A stretch of 64,000 nucleotides of DNA from Eledone cirrhosa (GCA_964016885.1 OZ024758.1:39618001-39682000), one strand, 5' to 3'; positions 30,835-44,194 are shown, numbered from the stretch's first letter. Made by a program: numbers and translations. The notes: generated by a model not told the origin, from the sequence alone.

Positions 30835-31160
30835 ATTTAGGCGGTGATAGCACGCAATACATGAACGTATGGTTCGTGAGTTCGAATCCCATACCGGGTG
30901 GTCTGTACGTCGGGGCCTTGAACAAGACACTTTATTTCTCATTGTTTTATTTCACCCAGCTGGCAAAAATAATAAGTTGTAATAATTATAGTGGAAATGT
31001 TGTTACATAGAATTGTCACACTGAATCTCCCTGAGAAGAATGTCAACGGTATACGTGTCAATGAAATACTCAGACACATTATAATATAAGATGGGTTCTA
31101 CATGTATTTCAAAGGGAAGCCATGCCATACGTCTTGATGAATCTCCCTGAGAACTACGTA
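30835..31160 (+). mobile_element. Degenerate tRNA-derived SINE
   Basis: B-box GAGTTCGAATCCC, then CCTTGAACAAGACACTTTATTTC core and TGAATCTCCCTGAGAA tail shared with the copy at 63770-64000. Confidence 0.65.
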
Positions 31161-31169
31161 TATACTAGT

Positions 31170-31955
31170 GACTATCAGACATAGTGTATCTAGGATTACA
31201 TTATCTAATGTACAGTACAGTAGTTAGTATTAGTGGCTATAAGACATAGTATATCTAGAATTACATTATCTAATGTACAGTATAGAAATTAGTATTACTG
31301 GCTATAAGACATAGTGTAACTAGGACTACATTATCTAATGTACAGTATAGAAATTAGTATTAATGGCTATCAGACATAGTGTACCTAGGACTACATTATC
31401 TAATGTACAGTATAGTGTCTATCAGACATAGTGTACCTAGGACTACATTATCTAATGTACAGTATAGTGGCTATCAGACATAGTGTACCTCGGACTACAT
31501 TATCTAATGTACAGTATAGTGGCTATCAGACATAGTGTATCTAGGACTACATTATCTAATGTACAGTATAGTGTCTATCAGACATAGTGTATCTAGGATT
31601 ACATTATCTAATGTACAGTATAGTAGCTATTAGACATAGTGTACCTAGGACTACATTATCTAATGTACAGTATAGTGGCTATCAGACATAGTGTATCTAG
31701 GACTACATTGTCTAATGTACAGTATAGTGGCTATCAGACATAGTGTATCTAGGACTACATTATATAATGTACAGTATAGTGGCTATCAGACATAGTGTAC
31801 CTAGGACTACATTGTCTAATGTACAGTATAGTGGCTATCAGACATAGTGTACCTAAGACTACATTATATAATGTACAGTATAATGGCTATCAGACATAGT
31901 GTACCTAGGACTACATTATCTAATGTACTATATAGCAGTTAGTAATTGTGGCTAT
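31170..31955. repeat. Minisatellite, 52-bp unit
   Basis: GACTACATTATCTAATGTACAGTATAGTGGCTATCAGACATAGTGTACCTAG, about 14 copies; longer (~62 bp) variants at the edges. Confidence 0.95.
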
Positions 31956-31974
31956 CATTATTATAGACTTCAAG

Positions 31975-32146
31975 TCGGTAGAGGGTCAGACGCCATGCTT
32001 TCCAGCATAGTTACATACCTTTACGATCTGAGCTCAAATCCCGCCGAGGTTGACTTTGTCTTTCATCCTTAGGGGGTCGATCAAATAAAGTACCAGTAAT
32101 GCACTGGGTAATTGCTGGTCTTGTGCCTAAAGTAGAAACAATTATT
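31975..32146 (+). mobile_element. tRNA-derived SINE (family A)
   Basis: B-box-like GAGCTCAAATCC, core GACTTTGTCTTTCATCCTTAGGGGGTCGAT...AAAGTACCAG; many copies in the window. Confidence 0.85.
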
Positions 32147-32577
32147 ATAGACTTCAAGTAAATCTTTGTCAACTTACCTCCTTCACATATAATCAATGTG
32201 TTGTGTTGTTAGTTGTTACTAAACAACCAAAGAAATAATCTCTTTGTTATCAAATTAAAAGTTTCAAAGATGTTATCAGCTTTATTTCACGACATTAACG
32301 TTGGTGTATCTTCTTCATCTTTAGTCATGAATTGATATCTTGTCAGAATGAAGTAGTGAGGATGACTTTATGTCTTTAGCTACAGATTTGATAGGAAATA
32401 TATATATATTAGGTTGATATGTGGTCTAAAATATATATATTGTCTATAAATGACTGATAGCAGATGTTCTGGTGAAATAGTAGTTTTACTACTACAGATT
32501 GTAATGGAACTCTTAGTAGACACAATTGTAAAGTAAGAATAGATATGACAGTGTAAGACTGATGTCGGGGAAATAAA

Positions 32578-32624
<47 letters not shown>

Positions 32625-32657
32625 GTTACACAAGATATAATTAGATTAATTAAAGTT

Positions 32658-32846
32658 ATAATTGTTTCTACTTTAGGCACAAGGCCAGCAATTACCCAGT
32701 GCATTACTGGTACTTTATTTTATCGACCCCGTAAGGATGAAAGGCAAAGTCAACCTCGGCAGGATTTGAACTCAGATCGTAAAGGGACGTAACTATGCTG
32801 GAAAGCATGGCGTCCGACCCTCTACCGATACTGCCAATTCACCGCA
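32658..32846 (-). mobile_element. tRNA-derived SINE (family A), full length
   Basis: Minus strand: A-box TGGCAGTATCGG, B-box GAGTTCAAATCC, same core as 31975-32146. Confidence 0.9.
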
Positions 32847-33741
32847 ATGAAGGCAGCAGGTACTCGGTGTCGTTGTGCATGTTTCAACTCTCTTCCCGGT
32901 GTCATATGTTAAAAGTCCCTGATATAATTTAATACCTTCAGACACAGTTCCAATCGTTTTTAGTTTATTGTAAATCAGAAAGTATCACTCAATAAAATAT
33001 CAATTATATATCAATAAGAAAACCTCTAGGTAGTCTCACTGACTGCTAGAAATAGCAGCGATATTACCCATTACAACTGCTCTCTCTCTCTCTATATATA
33101 TATATACACACATATATGTACGTATGTATGTATATGTGTATATATGTGTATGAATGAGTGTGTATGTGTGTATATGTGTACATAGGGTTTTGGTATATGT
33201 ACGTTTGGTGAACATATGTGTATTTACCTGTAGGTATGTGAGTGTGCGTTCTATACGCATTTATGCGTGTATATTTATATATGTATTTATAATTATATGT
33301 ATATATACACACACAAACATATATTTATATGTGTATTTGGTGCATACAATCGTATGTGTGCGGGTATATGTGTTGCGCCGGTTTACGTCCGTGCGCGCCT
33401 GTTTATGTGTACGTATATGTATATGCATGCATGCCGTGAGTTTTCGCATATGCTCATGTATAAATGTGTGTATGTATATATTTAATTATTATTACTTTTA
33501 TGATTTTAATAACATCTGTCATTTTCGTTCAACTAATTTATTTACATTATTCTGGACTCCGAAGCCGAGCATCATTCAGTTTCCTTAATAGAATATTAGT
33601 CTACGACTCCATTTACACCATAAACGTGGTTTTGTCTTTACGTGTAATTGTTGTCACCGCTCCACATAACGATGTATTATCTTCTTTTTCCCGTTCATTG
33701 CCAGGGAACGTCTTCACGAATCAAAGCATAAATTATTTTCC

Positions 33742-34305
33742 CGAGCTGACGTACCCAGCTTCGCCCGGGTAAACAGATGATAAAAGAAAAGGTCCCTATT
33801 TACTCCCTTCACAACTCTGTATGTTAGACTGACAGACAGGCACACAGACAGATAAACTGCGTGGCGATTGTGGAACGCCGCACGTATACACACATACACG
33901 CACACAAACTTACACACGCACCCGTGCACTTACACACACGCACACACTCACACATGTTGATAGTTTTTACTTTCTGTGGAACGCTGCACGCACGCACACA
34001 TACATAAACATACGCGCACGTACATACACACGCACACGTGTTAATAGTTATTGCTTTCCTTCCCCTCTTATTTCCACACACATCACACACACACACACAC
34101 GTCTCTACACTGACACATATACATAGTGTATCCAACACAGCGTTCACTTTGCCTCTCTCCGCCTCTCACTCTCTCATTGGCATTATACATATTAATTTAA
34201 GTTTGGCGTAGTTGAGGTGGGCGGAGTCGTTCGAAACCTATGAACCAATGATAATCGAGAATTATGACACATGGAATATTGACATTGTTGAAATTAATAT
34301 ATAGA
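33742..34305 (-). mobile_element. Non-autonomous Helitron (564 bp)
   Basis: 5' TCTATATATTAATTT at 34305. About 500 bp are homologous to the autonomous 5' region (39735-40147). 3' hairpin CCCGGGCGAAGCTGGG followed by a degenerate CTCG end at 33742. Confidence 0.85.
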
Positions 34306-37300
34306 CTAGCTGACGTACCTAGCTTCGCCCGGGTAAACAGATGATAAGAGAAGACAGGTAAAAGAGAAAATGTCTGTATTGGATGTTTGTCTGGTTACAG
34401 TGTGAGGCGAGTCCGTGTTGTCTGTGTGATACAAAAAAACTGTAAAAATAATCTTCCAGATATACCAAATTCTTCGTCGTGCGGTTTGTGCATAGTATAT
34501 GAACAATTCTAGGTGCTCCCACCTAGAATAGTGACCTCTAGGAGATGGTTCCTCTTCTGCCTGACTGGAAAACGTGTATCATTGCATAGACGTGGTTGTT
34601 CCACGTTTCTCAAAAGGATGATGGAAGTTCCAATCTTTTATATTATATGTAGATATAGATATAGATAATTAATAAAAAAGATGTCCGTCAATGTAAAGAA
34701 GGTCCCTATTTACTTGAAATGGTTTATACAAATGCCAAATTAATATGGATATGGATAACCTGCTTATCTATAAGTGGTCAGCTATAATAATAAAACAACA
34801 AATTATATGACACAAAAATTTATTCAGTAATTTCCAGGCTCTTAGCCACTGAGTAATAGACAGTCAATATTGCCCAGAGTTCAACTCGGGGAGGTGGCCT
34901 GGTTTGAACTCAAAATGGCGGATCCTTCTACTTCGAAAATAGAATCGTTTTTCAATATTACTCTAGCCCTGGCCAGCCATAGGCACCAAACTTTTTGCCA
35001 GACTCAGCATATGATGAGGTTTTATTACCACTGCAATCAGAAGCGATAAATTTGAAGGCAATTTCTACCAATACCTGTTGGTTTTTATTGCTCATTATCG
35101 ACAATAAATGACATTGGACATAAATGATAACTCTGCCAAAGCTCACAATACAGATGAAAGGAAACCAATGTCCGAATCATATACGTCGCTTATTGATAGC
35201 TTTAAAGATATGCATACATCAGCTCAAAGCTTCATTATAGACAATATTTAGGTTTGTTACTCTGTTAGTGGTATCAATTGCAAATTTTATACCATCAGGA
35301 TCGCACACTCGAGATGCAGCAACATAGAGTTGCCCATGGCTGAATGCTGGATCATTCAAGTAGACACCGACTCGCTTGAAAGTCTGTCCCTGTGCCTTGT
35401 TGACAGTCATGGAGAAGGCCAAATTGACGGGAAACTGTCTCCTTTGCCAAATAAATGGCAGCAGATCTTCACTTGGTCTCAGCATGATCCTCGGAATGAG
35501 AACCGATTCCTCTCTGCCTGGGAGTTTAGCTTCTAAAACTCTTCCGTTAATCAATCTCTCAACAATCAATCTGGTACCATTGCAAAGACCCATTTTATGA
35601 TTGATATTTCTAAGCAATATAATCGGCAAACCCTTTTTCAACCTCAAAATATGTGGGGGAAATCCGGGTATTTGAAGTGAATTCAGATACTCAGTCGGAA
35701 CATCCATACTGTTCTGCTGATTAGGCTCCATTGCATACGCACTGACGGTCAACCATTCCTCTCCAGGAAACATTCCGGCTACTTGTGAATTTATTTCATC
35801 GACCGTTGTATTCGTATGAGTTAGAATAACACGTTCCGATATCCAGGAGATATTCTGCCAAAAAGCATTCAAATTAGGGAACATCCAGTCAATCAAGCCT
35901 TGGCGGTCCAGTGGCATGACTAAATGGTCTGGGATTCATACAGTCTGATTATCACCAACGTGTGGCAATTCATCGTTTCCCAACTGCATCAACCATCGGC
36001 CGTATGTCTCAGCCTCTTCGTTTTGCCCGAACATAGGAAGTCGCATATTATCGTGTAATCGCAAAACTCTGAAATGGCGCCAAAACGGGGACTTTTTCAG
36101 ACATGCATCGACAATTTGCGCTCTTTGAGCATTCCTAACAATTGGTAGCACCTGTCTGAAATCGCCACCAACAACGATAGTCTTACCACTGAATGGCAGG
36201 TCACTACCGCAGATATCTCTCAAAGTTCTGTCCAATGCCTCCAGCAAATATCTGTGTGCCATTGGAGCCTCGTCCCAAATAATCAGAGACGTATTGCGTA
36301 TAAGGCCCGCGAGTTCACTTTGTCCTGTAATATTACAGACACTCAACTCATCTGGAGCCAATGGAGCCTTGAAGCATGAGTGGAAGGTCCTTCCACCACT
36401 CAGCAAAGTGGCAGCGATGCCCCTGGTGGGCACAGGGAGAGCAATCTTCCTCTGAGCTCTGACTGCCGATAACATAGTGTTGAAACAGAATGTCTTTCCG
36501 GTGCCTCCTGGAACATCTATGAAAGCACAAAGTTGCTCATTAGTGGAAATCGAGTGGAGAGCGCCATCGACCAATTCTCTGTGAGATTGGGTCAACATTG
36601 GCATACGTTCATCCACAATACGTTGCTGTTCCAGTGGATCAAACTGGAATAGTTCCCTCCGATCGAGTGGCAACCGTCTAAGCTGCAATCTCATGTTCAA
36701 TGCTAAGACACGTTGCCGCATTTCTTCATCAGGAATTGGCAAATTGAAATCTGTTAAACATTTCAAATGAACTTCGAGCAGTTGCTCAATATTGAGCAAA
36801 ACAATAGCCTTCATCAAATGTTCATCATAGACCTGAAGATGGTGCCTAAAATCATCAGCCATAATTCCCCAATGGCGTTCAAATAACTCTCTTGGATCGG
36901 CAGGATTGCAGAATCCTAGAATCGTGACAAACAACTGCCATATTCGAGCTGGCATCTGTGTTGTTCCTGCAGCTTCCATGGCGTTATTCCATTCAGCGTC
37001 ATCCTGAAGGAGTCCCAGATGCTGACACACAGCCTGGTATCTTTTATATTCCACGCCATTGATTGTTTTCAAATCAGCGAAGCTCTGTTTACCTCTCGAA
37101 AAATCACTATGCAACAGAATTCGGAGATAAAACACATCACCAGATGCTGGATGGACATTACAAACCCGTCCAATAGTCATGAATCTCAACTTTTGTTTTC
37201 TATCATTCCATTTCTTTCCCTTCTTATCCCACGTATAGTGCGAAGGGAAATCGCAGTAGAGTTGCTTTTGATCCGGGTTCAAAGCATGTTCCCTATTATG

Positions 37301-40147
37301 CTTGAACCACTCAGTCAATTCCGTCTTAGGAGGTGGTGCGTTAGCAATTCTTTCGATACCTCTTCTAGTGTCCTTAAAACAGACCATTTGCCTATTCTCT
37401 AAGTGAACCGTCAGTTTCTGAACGCTGTGTTTGCGTTCATTGAGATCAAAATCGAACAATCTCCAGCAAGCTTCGCTAGATCCAATCGAGCGAACATCCT
37501 GGAACCTGCCAACTTCATCTCCTTGGTTCGCTTCCTCATTCCTGACATTCATCATTGCCCCATCATGACCTTTGTAAACATACTTGAATAGATATTTGCA
37601 AGCTTTCACTGAGCTACAAATTTCCACATTAATATGACAACGATATTTCATAATCAAATATGGATTGTATGGCACAACCCATTGATTTGTAACCTGTCGA
37701 CCGTTTACATTTTCGACCAAACCGCCATCGGCAGGCGACCGTCTTCTGTATGAGGGATGAGCATCCCCATCATTCCAGGAAGTGTTCGTGACAAAAGATT
37801 TCGGAAAGTGCTTACTGCATTGGCCATTTTTCATGCAAGGCGCTTTCCGATTTGCCACTCCGCATTGGTTGTGCACCATTGACTTTGCCACCAAGTTGCA
37901 TAGTGCCTCATTCTCCGGCAGTTCAGCACACACAATGCTGTCGACATCCTCAGCACATCACAATTTGCAATCTCTATGTAAAATGATCAGCAAATGTGCA
38001 TGTGGCAATCCTCTTTTTTGGAATTCAATTACGTATGTAAAAGCAACTATACCTCCAAAGATTCCCTCTTTTTCCACATCATCCATTATCTTTTTCAGAT
38101 ATCCTTTGAATACTCTTGCCACAATATCAGGACGGTCCTTTGGCTGTTGTCCTGGCAAAAGTGCATCCTTAATATCAGTCCATTCAGGATTGCATGTAAC
38201 CGTTATAAACAAATCTGGCTTTCCAAACTTTCTGACAATAGCCATTGCATCCTGATAGCGAATGTTCATATATCTCGAGCCGCCGATGAACGACGATGGC
38301 AAAATGATGCGTCGACCAATTTGCTTGTAATTGGCATCATCGGCTGTTATCGCATCCTGTATATTATTATACAATTCAGCTCTGATATGTTGCTGATGTG
38401 TAGCTATATAATTTAGCCTTTGATTTTCGATCTTTGCGTATGCCATACAACAGTATTCCTGGAACAATCTGCTGGCTTGAAATAGCGCATTTCTCTGTTG
38501 ATTCCTCTCGTTCAAATGGAACGCGTAAAAGTCGCGAATCGAATTATTGTGTCTATTGCCACCTCCCTGTTGATGCTGATTCTCATGATCATCTAAATGA
38601 ACAGACATGTTCCATCCATTTTCACCTTTTGGGAATAAAAGAACATAATGCAATGGATGGTATGTCCTATTTGACTCATTGATAGTGTTGAGACCACCAT
38701 CTCTGCGATTGAGGGCGATATCTCTCGATCCAGGCTTATCGTCCATCAACACAGCAACTTCACGAAATCCTTCGGGGGCATTATATCGCCGTTCGTGTTG
38801 ATTCCTTGGCACTGCGTCAGCCTTAATCACCAATGTTTGTTGCTGAACATTCTGCAGTTCAGCCACCAACATGAAATCCATAACATAAGGATTACACTGT
38901 CTAAGCCATGATTGCAAATCATGGATCAAATCACTTAACCTTTGCCGTTCAAGTTCAGTTATATTTCCCGGCAACTTCATCCAACCGATCCTGATATCCT
39001 CCTCCGATTCACTATAATCTGGATTGTTAACGTAAATTTGAGCGAATCAAGGCCTCTCTCCTGGGGTAACTTCTAAATTATCGATACAATGATACAAACG
39101 GCATTGAATGACGACATTCGGTTGCCATGCTCCACTCTCAAACATCTCACTAACTCTCTGCGATGCTAAAGCTAATAAATTGTTAATTTGCCGCGAATAT
39201 TTGCGCAGTAATCTACCTCGGTCTCATTGATCACCCCACATACTTAGTATTTTAAACTCCGGTGACTCCCCATCATCCGGCATTCGCAAAGGTTCTAGTT
39301 GAACTGCTCCTTTGTGACAGCACATTGTGGTCCACGTCTTTTCGTGCCACCAAAGCAATGCTCCACAATGTGGAGACCCTGGTCGTCCACCAATCTGACA
39401 GTGACACGGTTGCCATGATCCATTTTTAATATCATTCGTTCGCCTCTTTACTGGAATGAGGAGCACTTTGCGACACATTCCCTGAACTTCTGTATTGCGC
39501 TGGCGCTGTTCAGCCAGCTCCTCTTCATCCACCGGAGCACGCCATTGCTGCTGAATTCTGGCCACCTGCTGATGATGCTCAGCCAGTTCGTTTTTCAACC
39601 ATCGCAGCACTCCGTCGCCGCTGTAGTTCACTGTTTGATAAAGTCGAATTGCTTTTCTTATCAGTATTCATTTGGAGCAATTGTAAAAAGAAATGACACA
39701 ATAATAAATATAAAAGATGTCCGTCAATGTAAAGAAAGGTCCCTATTTACTCCCTTCACAACTCTGTGTATGACAGACAGGCACACAGACAGATAAACTG
39801 CGCGGCGATTGTGGAACGTCACACAAATACACGCATGGAAACGCGCACACGCACACAAACTTACACACGCACACACTCACACATGTTGATAGTTTTTACT
39901 TTCTGTGGAACACTGCACGCACGCACACACACATAAACATACGCGCACATACATACACACGCATACATGTTAATAGTTATTGAACACAGCGTTCACACTC
40001 TCCCCTCTCACTCCCTCATTGGCATTATGCATATTAATTTCAGTTTGGCGTCGTTGGGGTGGGCGGAGTCGTTTGAAACCTATGAACCAATGATAATCGA
40101 GAATTGTGACACACGGAATACTGACGTTCTTCAAATTAATATATAGA
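34306..40147 (-). mobile_element. Autonomous-type Helitron (rolling-circle transposon), ~5.8 kb, possibly composite at its 3' end
   Basis: A|TC 5' terminus at 40147; subterminal hairpin plus CTAG|T 3' terminus at 34306; contains a RepHel reading frame. Confidence 0.9.
35219..39631 (-). pseudogene. Helitron Rep/Pif1-helicase (RepHel), one reading frame broken by 4 in-frame TGA codons
   Basis: Zn-finger-like HCGA...CCHKG, Rep motifs FITVTCNP, EFQKRGLPHAH (HUH), KYLFKYVYKG; Pif1 motifs GGTGKT, IIWDEAPM, GGDFRQVLP, QFPVNLAFSMTVNKAQGQT, HGQLYVAASRV. ORFs 39224-39631, 37958-38980, 35936-37933 and 35219-35917 are all in the same frame. Confidence 0.96.
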
Positions 40148-40941
40148 TATATATATATCATCATCATCATCATCATTTTACGTCCACTTTTCTCTGCTTG
40201 CAAGCCATGTGCCTCTTCCTATATATACATATATACTATATACATATACACACATATACATATATATATGTATGTATATATATATATGTATATATATATA
40301 CGTACTTAATACATGCATACATTTATTTTTTTAAAATTAATTGAGTTCTTAACACGCAGGATTAAAATTGTTTTTAAAAAAACTAATTAACCCACGTGTA
40401 TATTATTTTACTTTCTTGTGTTTCGCGATTGCCTCCCTTTTCCGCTTCGTGAGGCTGTGATATTCCTCAGTCTAGGACTGCTGGAATTTCAAATTTGGCG
40501 GTCATTATGATGCGTGAAGGGACGACTTAGCTGACACAAAAATAACTGCGGTAAGAAATGTTTTCTTATATCAATGTTTGAAGGGCATCCACTGATGATT
40601 TATAAGGCCCACCTGCATATGTTCTTACAGAAAAATATGTAGGCTTCTACATAAACCCGAAACATTCTCCCAACTTGTAGAAAACTTATAATGAAACAAT
40701 TGTTTGGAAAGAGAGATATATTTTAATTTTAATTATATCTCATATAAAATAATACAACTGGCTTTCCACAAAATACATATAGTTAGCACCCCAAACACAA
40801 AATTGGGATTATACTAAGGTATATCCTAATGTTTGTTGAGTGAGATGGTAGCCAGTCAGAGTTTAGCTTAAAGCTTTCTCTGTTATTGTATTAAATATAT
40901 GTATATATATATATATATATATATGTATCTATATATATATA

Positions 40942-43900
40942 TCACCTTGACCGACCAGTCTGTCGGGCGTCCATTCGACGCCGCTGGTCACAGCACGCCG
41001 TCCATTCCTCTCTGGATTGTGCTTTCCTCATCCATGTAGTCCCAATCATATTCCTAAAATGATCTGCCACCTTCATGGAGGCCTTCCGAGTGGTCGCTTC
41101 CACTCGCACAGGTACCACTCCGCAACTGCGCAGATCCAGCGATTATCGGTGAACCGGGCGACGTGTCCAGCCCATCTGAACTTGCTGCGTATATATTGCG
41201 CGATGACGTCCCTCACACCGGACTTCTGTCTGATGACTTCGCTCCTGATGTGCTCTCTCAACGAGATTCCTAGCATTGATCTCTCCATGGCTCTTTGAGC
41301 CGTTACCAGCCTCTGCTCTTCTCTCTTCGTTGTAGCCCAAGATTCACTGCCATATAACTTTGTAGGTAAAACTGTGCTATTGAAGAAGTTGGCTTGGGCG
41401 ATCTTGTCTAACCTCCCCTTGAGCACATCCCTTATGCCGCTGAACGCCTTCCATCCGGCCTTTACTCTCTGCGAGATCAGCCTCTCAATGTCTCAGCGCA
41501 TGTTCACTTCTTGTCCTAGGTAGACGTATTCCTCCACCTCCTCTATTTCATCACCGCCAACCACCATTCGACCTGTTGGTATGTTGTCGGACCGCATGAA
41601 GTTCATTTTCATGCTGTTCATCTTGAGGCCTACTGCAGAGCTTTTGATGTCGAGCTCCGTCAGCATGGTCTGAAGCCGATCCGTGGTTTCAGCGATGAGT
41701 ACGATGTCATCAGCGAAACGGAGGTGGGTAAGTATCTCCCCATTGATGGTGACACCGCCTTGCCAGTCAATGCCTCTGAAGATCTGCTCGAGACACGCGG
41801 TGAAAACTTTTGGAGAGATCGTATCTCCTTGCTTCACTCCCTTCTCGACCGGCACTCGTACGGGTGATGACAGCAGAGCTGTGTCGGTGGTGCATCCGGA
41901 ATTCGCCTCCTTGAGCAGTTGAACGTATTGCGCCTCGACTCCTTGCCTCTGCAGCGAGTTCAGCACTGCGTTGATTTCGACGCTGTCGAAGGCCTTCTTG
42001 TAGTCTACGAACGCGACGCAAAGAGGCATCTTGTACTCTTTTGCTTGCTCAAGCAGTTGTGTCAGAGTAAATATGTGATCCATCGTGCTGTAGTTCTTCT
42101 GGAAGCCGGCTTGCTCTTTCGGTTGCTGTTCGTCCAGATGATGTGATAACCTGTTCAGGATTATCTTCGTGAACAGCTTGTACACGTGAGACAGCAGGAA
42201 TATGGGTCGGTAGTTCTTCAGATCTTCTCTATCGCCCTTCTTTTATAGCAGGATGGTATTCGACTCTTTCCACTGCGAGGGTATTCTTCCCTCGTCCAGA
42301 TCGTGTGTGAATCGCTCGGCGAGGATTTTCCAGAGCTGCTCTCCGCCTGACTTCAACACCTCCGATGTTATGCCGTCTTTCCCTGGCGCCTTTCCGCTTT
42401 TCATCACGCCGACGGCTCTTTCCACCTCACCGACAAGGATGGGTGGCACATTTTCTTCCTGTTGGAGTGACGGCAATGGCTGCACATTCCCGGCAGACTT
42501 GAAGAGCTTGGTGTAGAGTTCTTCGTAAATCTTTTCCATCTCATTCTTGTCGCTGACCGGTACTCCAGCTGTGTTCTTCAGGGTCGTCACCTCCGATCTG
42601 TACATTGCCATGTCCGTCTCGCATTTCTTGAGGCTTTTCTTTTCCTCTGCGGCCTTCAGGAGCTTCCCCATCAGGTATGGCTCGAAGTCACTCTTCAGTT
42701 GCCGTATCACTCTGCTGAGAAGGGAATATTCGAGGTGATCTTCAGGTGTCCCCTTCATAATCTTCCTCTTCTCAAGCAACTTCATAGTTTCCTCCCAGAC
42801 TCTTCCCTTCCACTCCTTCGGGCACACACCCTTAGCCTTCCTCAAGCACTCCTTCAGTTTCCTTATCAGTGAGTCGTAGTCAGCGTCTATGCCGTCTCCT
42901 TTACACCACTTTTCCTGCATGATGGCTTCCTGCTGCTGCGCCTCGTTGAAGACCCAGACGCGTTCTCCCTTTGCCGCCAAATGCAGCGCCTTCTTTTTCC
43001 TCGTCCGATCGATGACGACCTTCGCCCTCACCAGACGATGATCACTGCCAGTGTTAAATGGCGTTATGACGGAGACGTCCTGCAGTATACGTCGCTTGTC
43101 GACCAGGATGTAGTCGATCTTGTTTCCGTGCTCAGAATTTAGCGATACCCAGGTCCATCTTTTCTCCTCCTTCTTCCTGAATAGGCTGTCTCCAATGTAG
43201 AGCCGTCTCATCTCCGCCATGGTGACCAGACACTCTCCTCTTTCATTTCGATATCCCAGGCCGAATTTTCCTACATACTCTTCCCCTTGCCGTCCCTGTC
43301 CGACCTTTGCGTTGAAGTCTCCCATCACTACGGTGTAAGTGGACTTCACAGCTAGCAATTTGTCTAGCTGGCGATAGAATTCTTCCACTTCCTCGTCGTC
43401 GCTGGCACTTGTGGGAGCGTAGGTCTGCATGATCTTGAGGGTGGCCTTCCCTGAGAGGTTTACGTTCACTACACCAATCCGTGACGATATGAACTGGCAA
43501 GAAGCGACCTCCGAAGCCCATTCCTTGCTTACGATAAACCCTATACCAATCTGGCATCCTCTGCTTTCCCGAGTCTCACGGCGCATCCATCTTGCCATCG
43601 GGAATTCGCCTCCTTCTTCTGGCGGGTCTCGCACAGCCCTAACACGTCCCACCTGATCTTCTTCTTCTCCTCCATTAGGTGGTTCAGTCCTTGCCCCCCT
43701 GCCAAAGACCTGCAGTTGTATGTGCATATGGCAAGGTTAGTCCTGTTCCATGGCGGCCTTCGTGAACCTGTGATTCTTAGCAGCCTTTCGTCGCTCGGGT
43801 TGCACTCCGACGTCATGGAGTAGCCCGATTGACTCGCATGGTACTGAGGCCCTTTTCTTCGTGCTGTTTTAACCATAAGATGACGCCATCCCATTGGCTG

Positions 43901-43990
43901 GGCGGGCAGGCCGGTACCTTCTCAGTTTAGCTAGCTTTTGAACTCTAGAAGATGATGAATCATCTCTAGGACCCAATTCGGGTCAAACAA
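40942..43990 (-). mobile_element. RTE-clade non-LTR retrotransposon, near full length (~3 kb), frameshifted
   Basis: APE endonuclease (CTYNCRSL, LGLCETR, TYAPT, GDFNAKVG, IDYILV, SDHRLV), RT (GVKQGDTISP, LRFADDIVL), C-terminus KFRWAGHVAR...KRPLGRPP. ORF pieces 43541-43894, 42243-43727, 41493-42185, 41073-41426. Flanked by (TA)n. Confidence 0.96.
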
Positions 43991-44053
43991 ATAAGAAAAT
44001 ATATACATATATATATATATATACATATATATACATATATATATATATATACA

Positions 44054-44194
44054 TATACTTGGGGAGGTTCATATTGTTGTAATAATATTGCCAGAAATAA
44101 TAACAGAACACACTCACTGTTTGGTTGGTTTTCGCTTCTGTATCTTTTATATCTCCATAGTTAATTTATTTGGCAATCAAAGAACTTTGTTAGA

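Noticed and set aside
32172-32230. Perfect minus-strand donor GAG|GTAAGT as the next EGF-gene exon
   Set aside because: All three upstream frames hit stops within about 30 nt and there is no Cys pattern.
32498-32532. Plus-strand 35-nt micro-exon candidate (DCNGTLSRHNCK) with AG/GT ends
   Set aside because: Too short, no partner exons, and expected by chance.
29048-34200. YI/HT/CV-rich ORFs (also at 44088-45610)
   Set aside because: Dinucleotide microsatellite artefacts.
36348-38682. Plus-strand and alternate-frame ORFs overlapping the Helitron (likewise those over the two LINEs)
   Set aside because: Shadow ORFs of transposon coding sequence.
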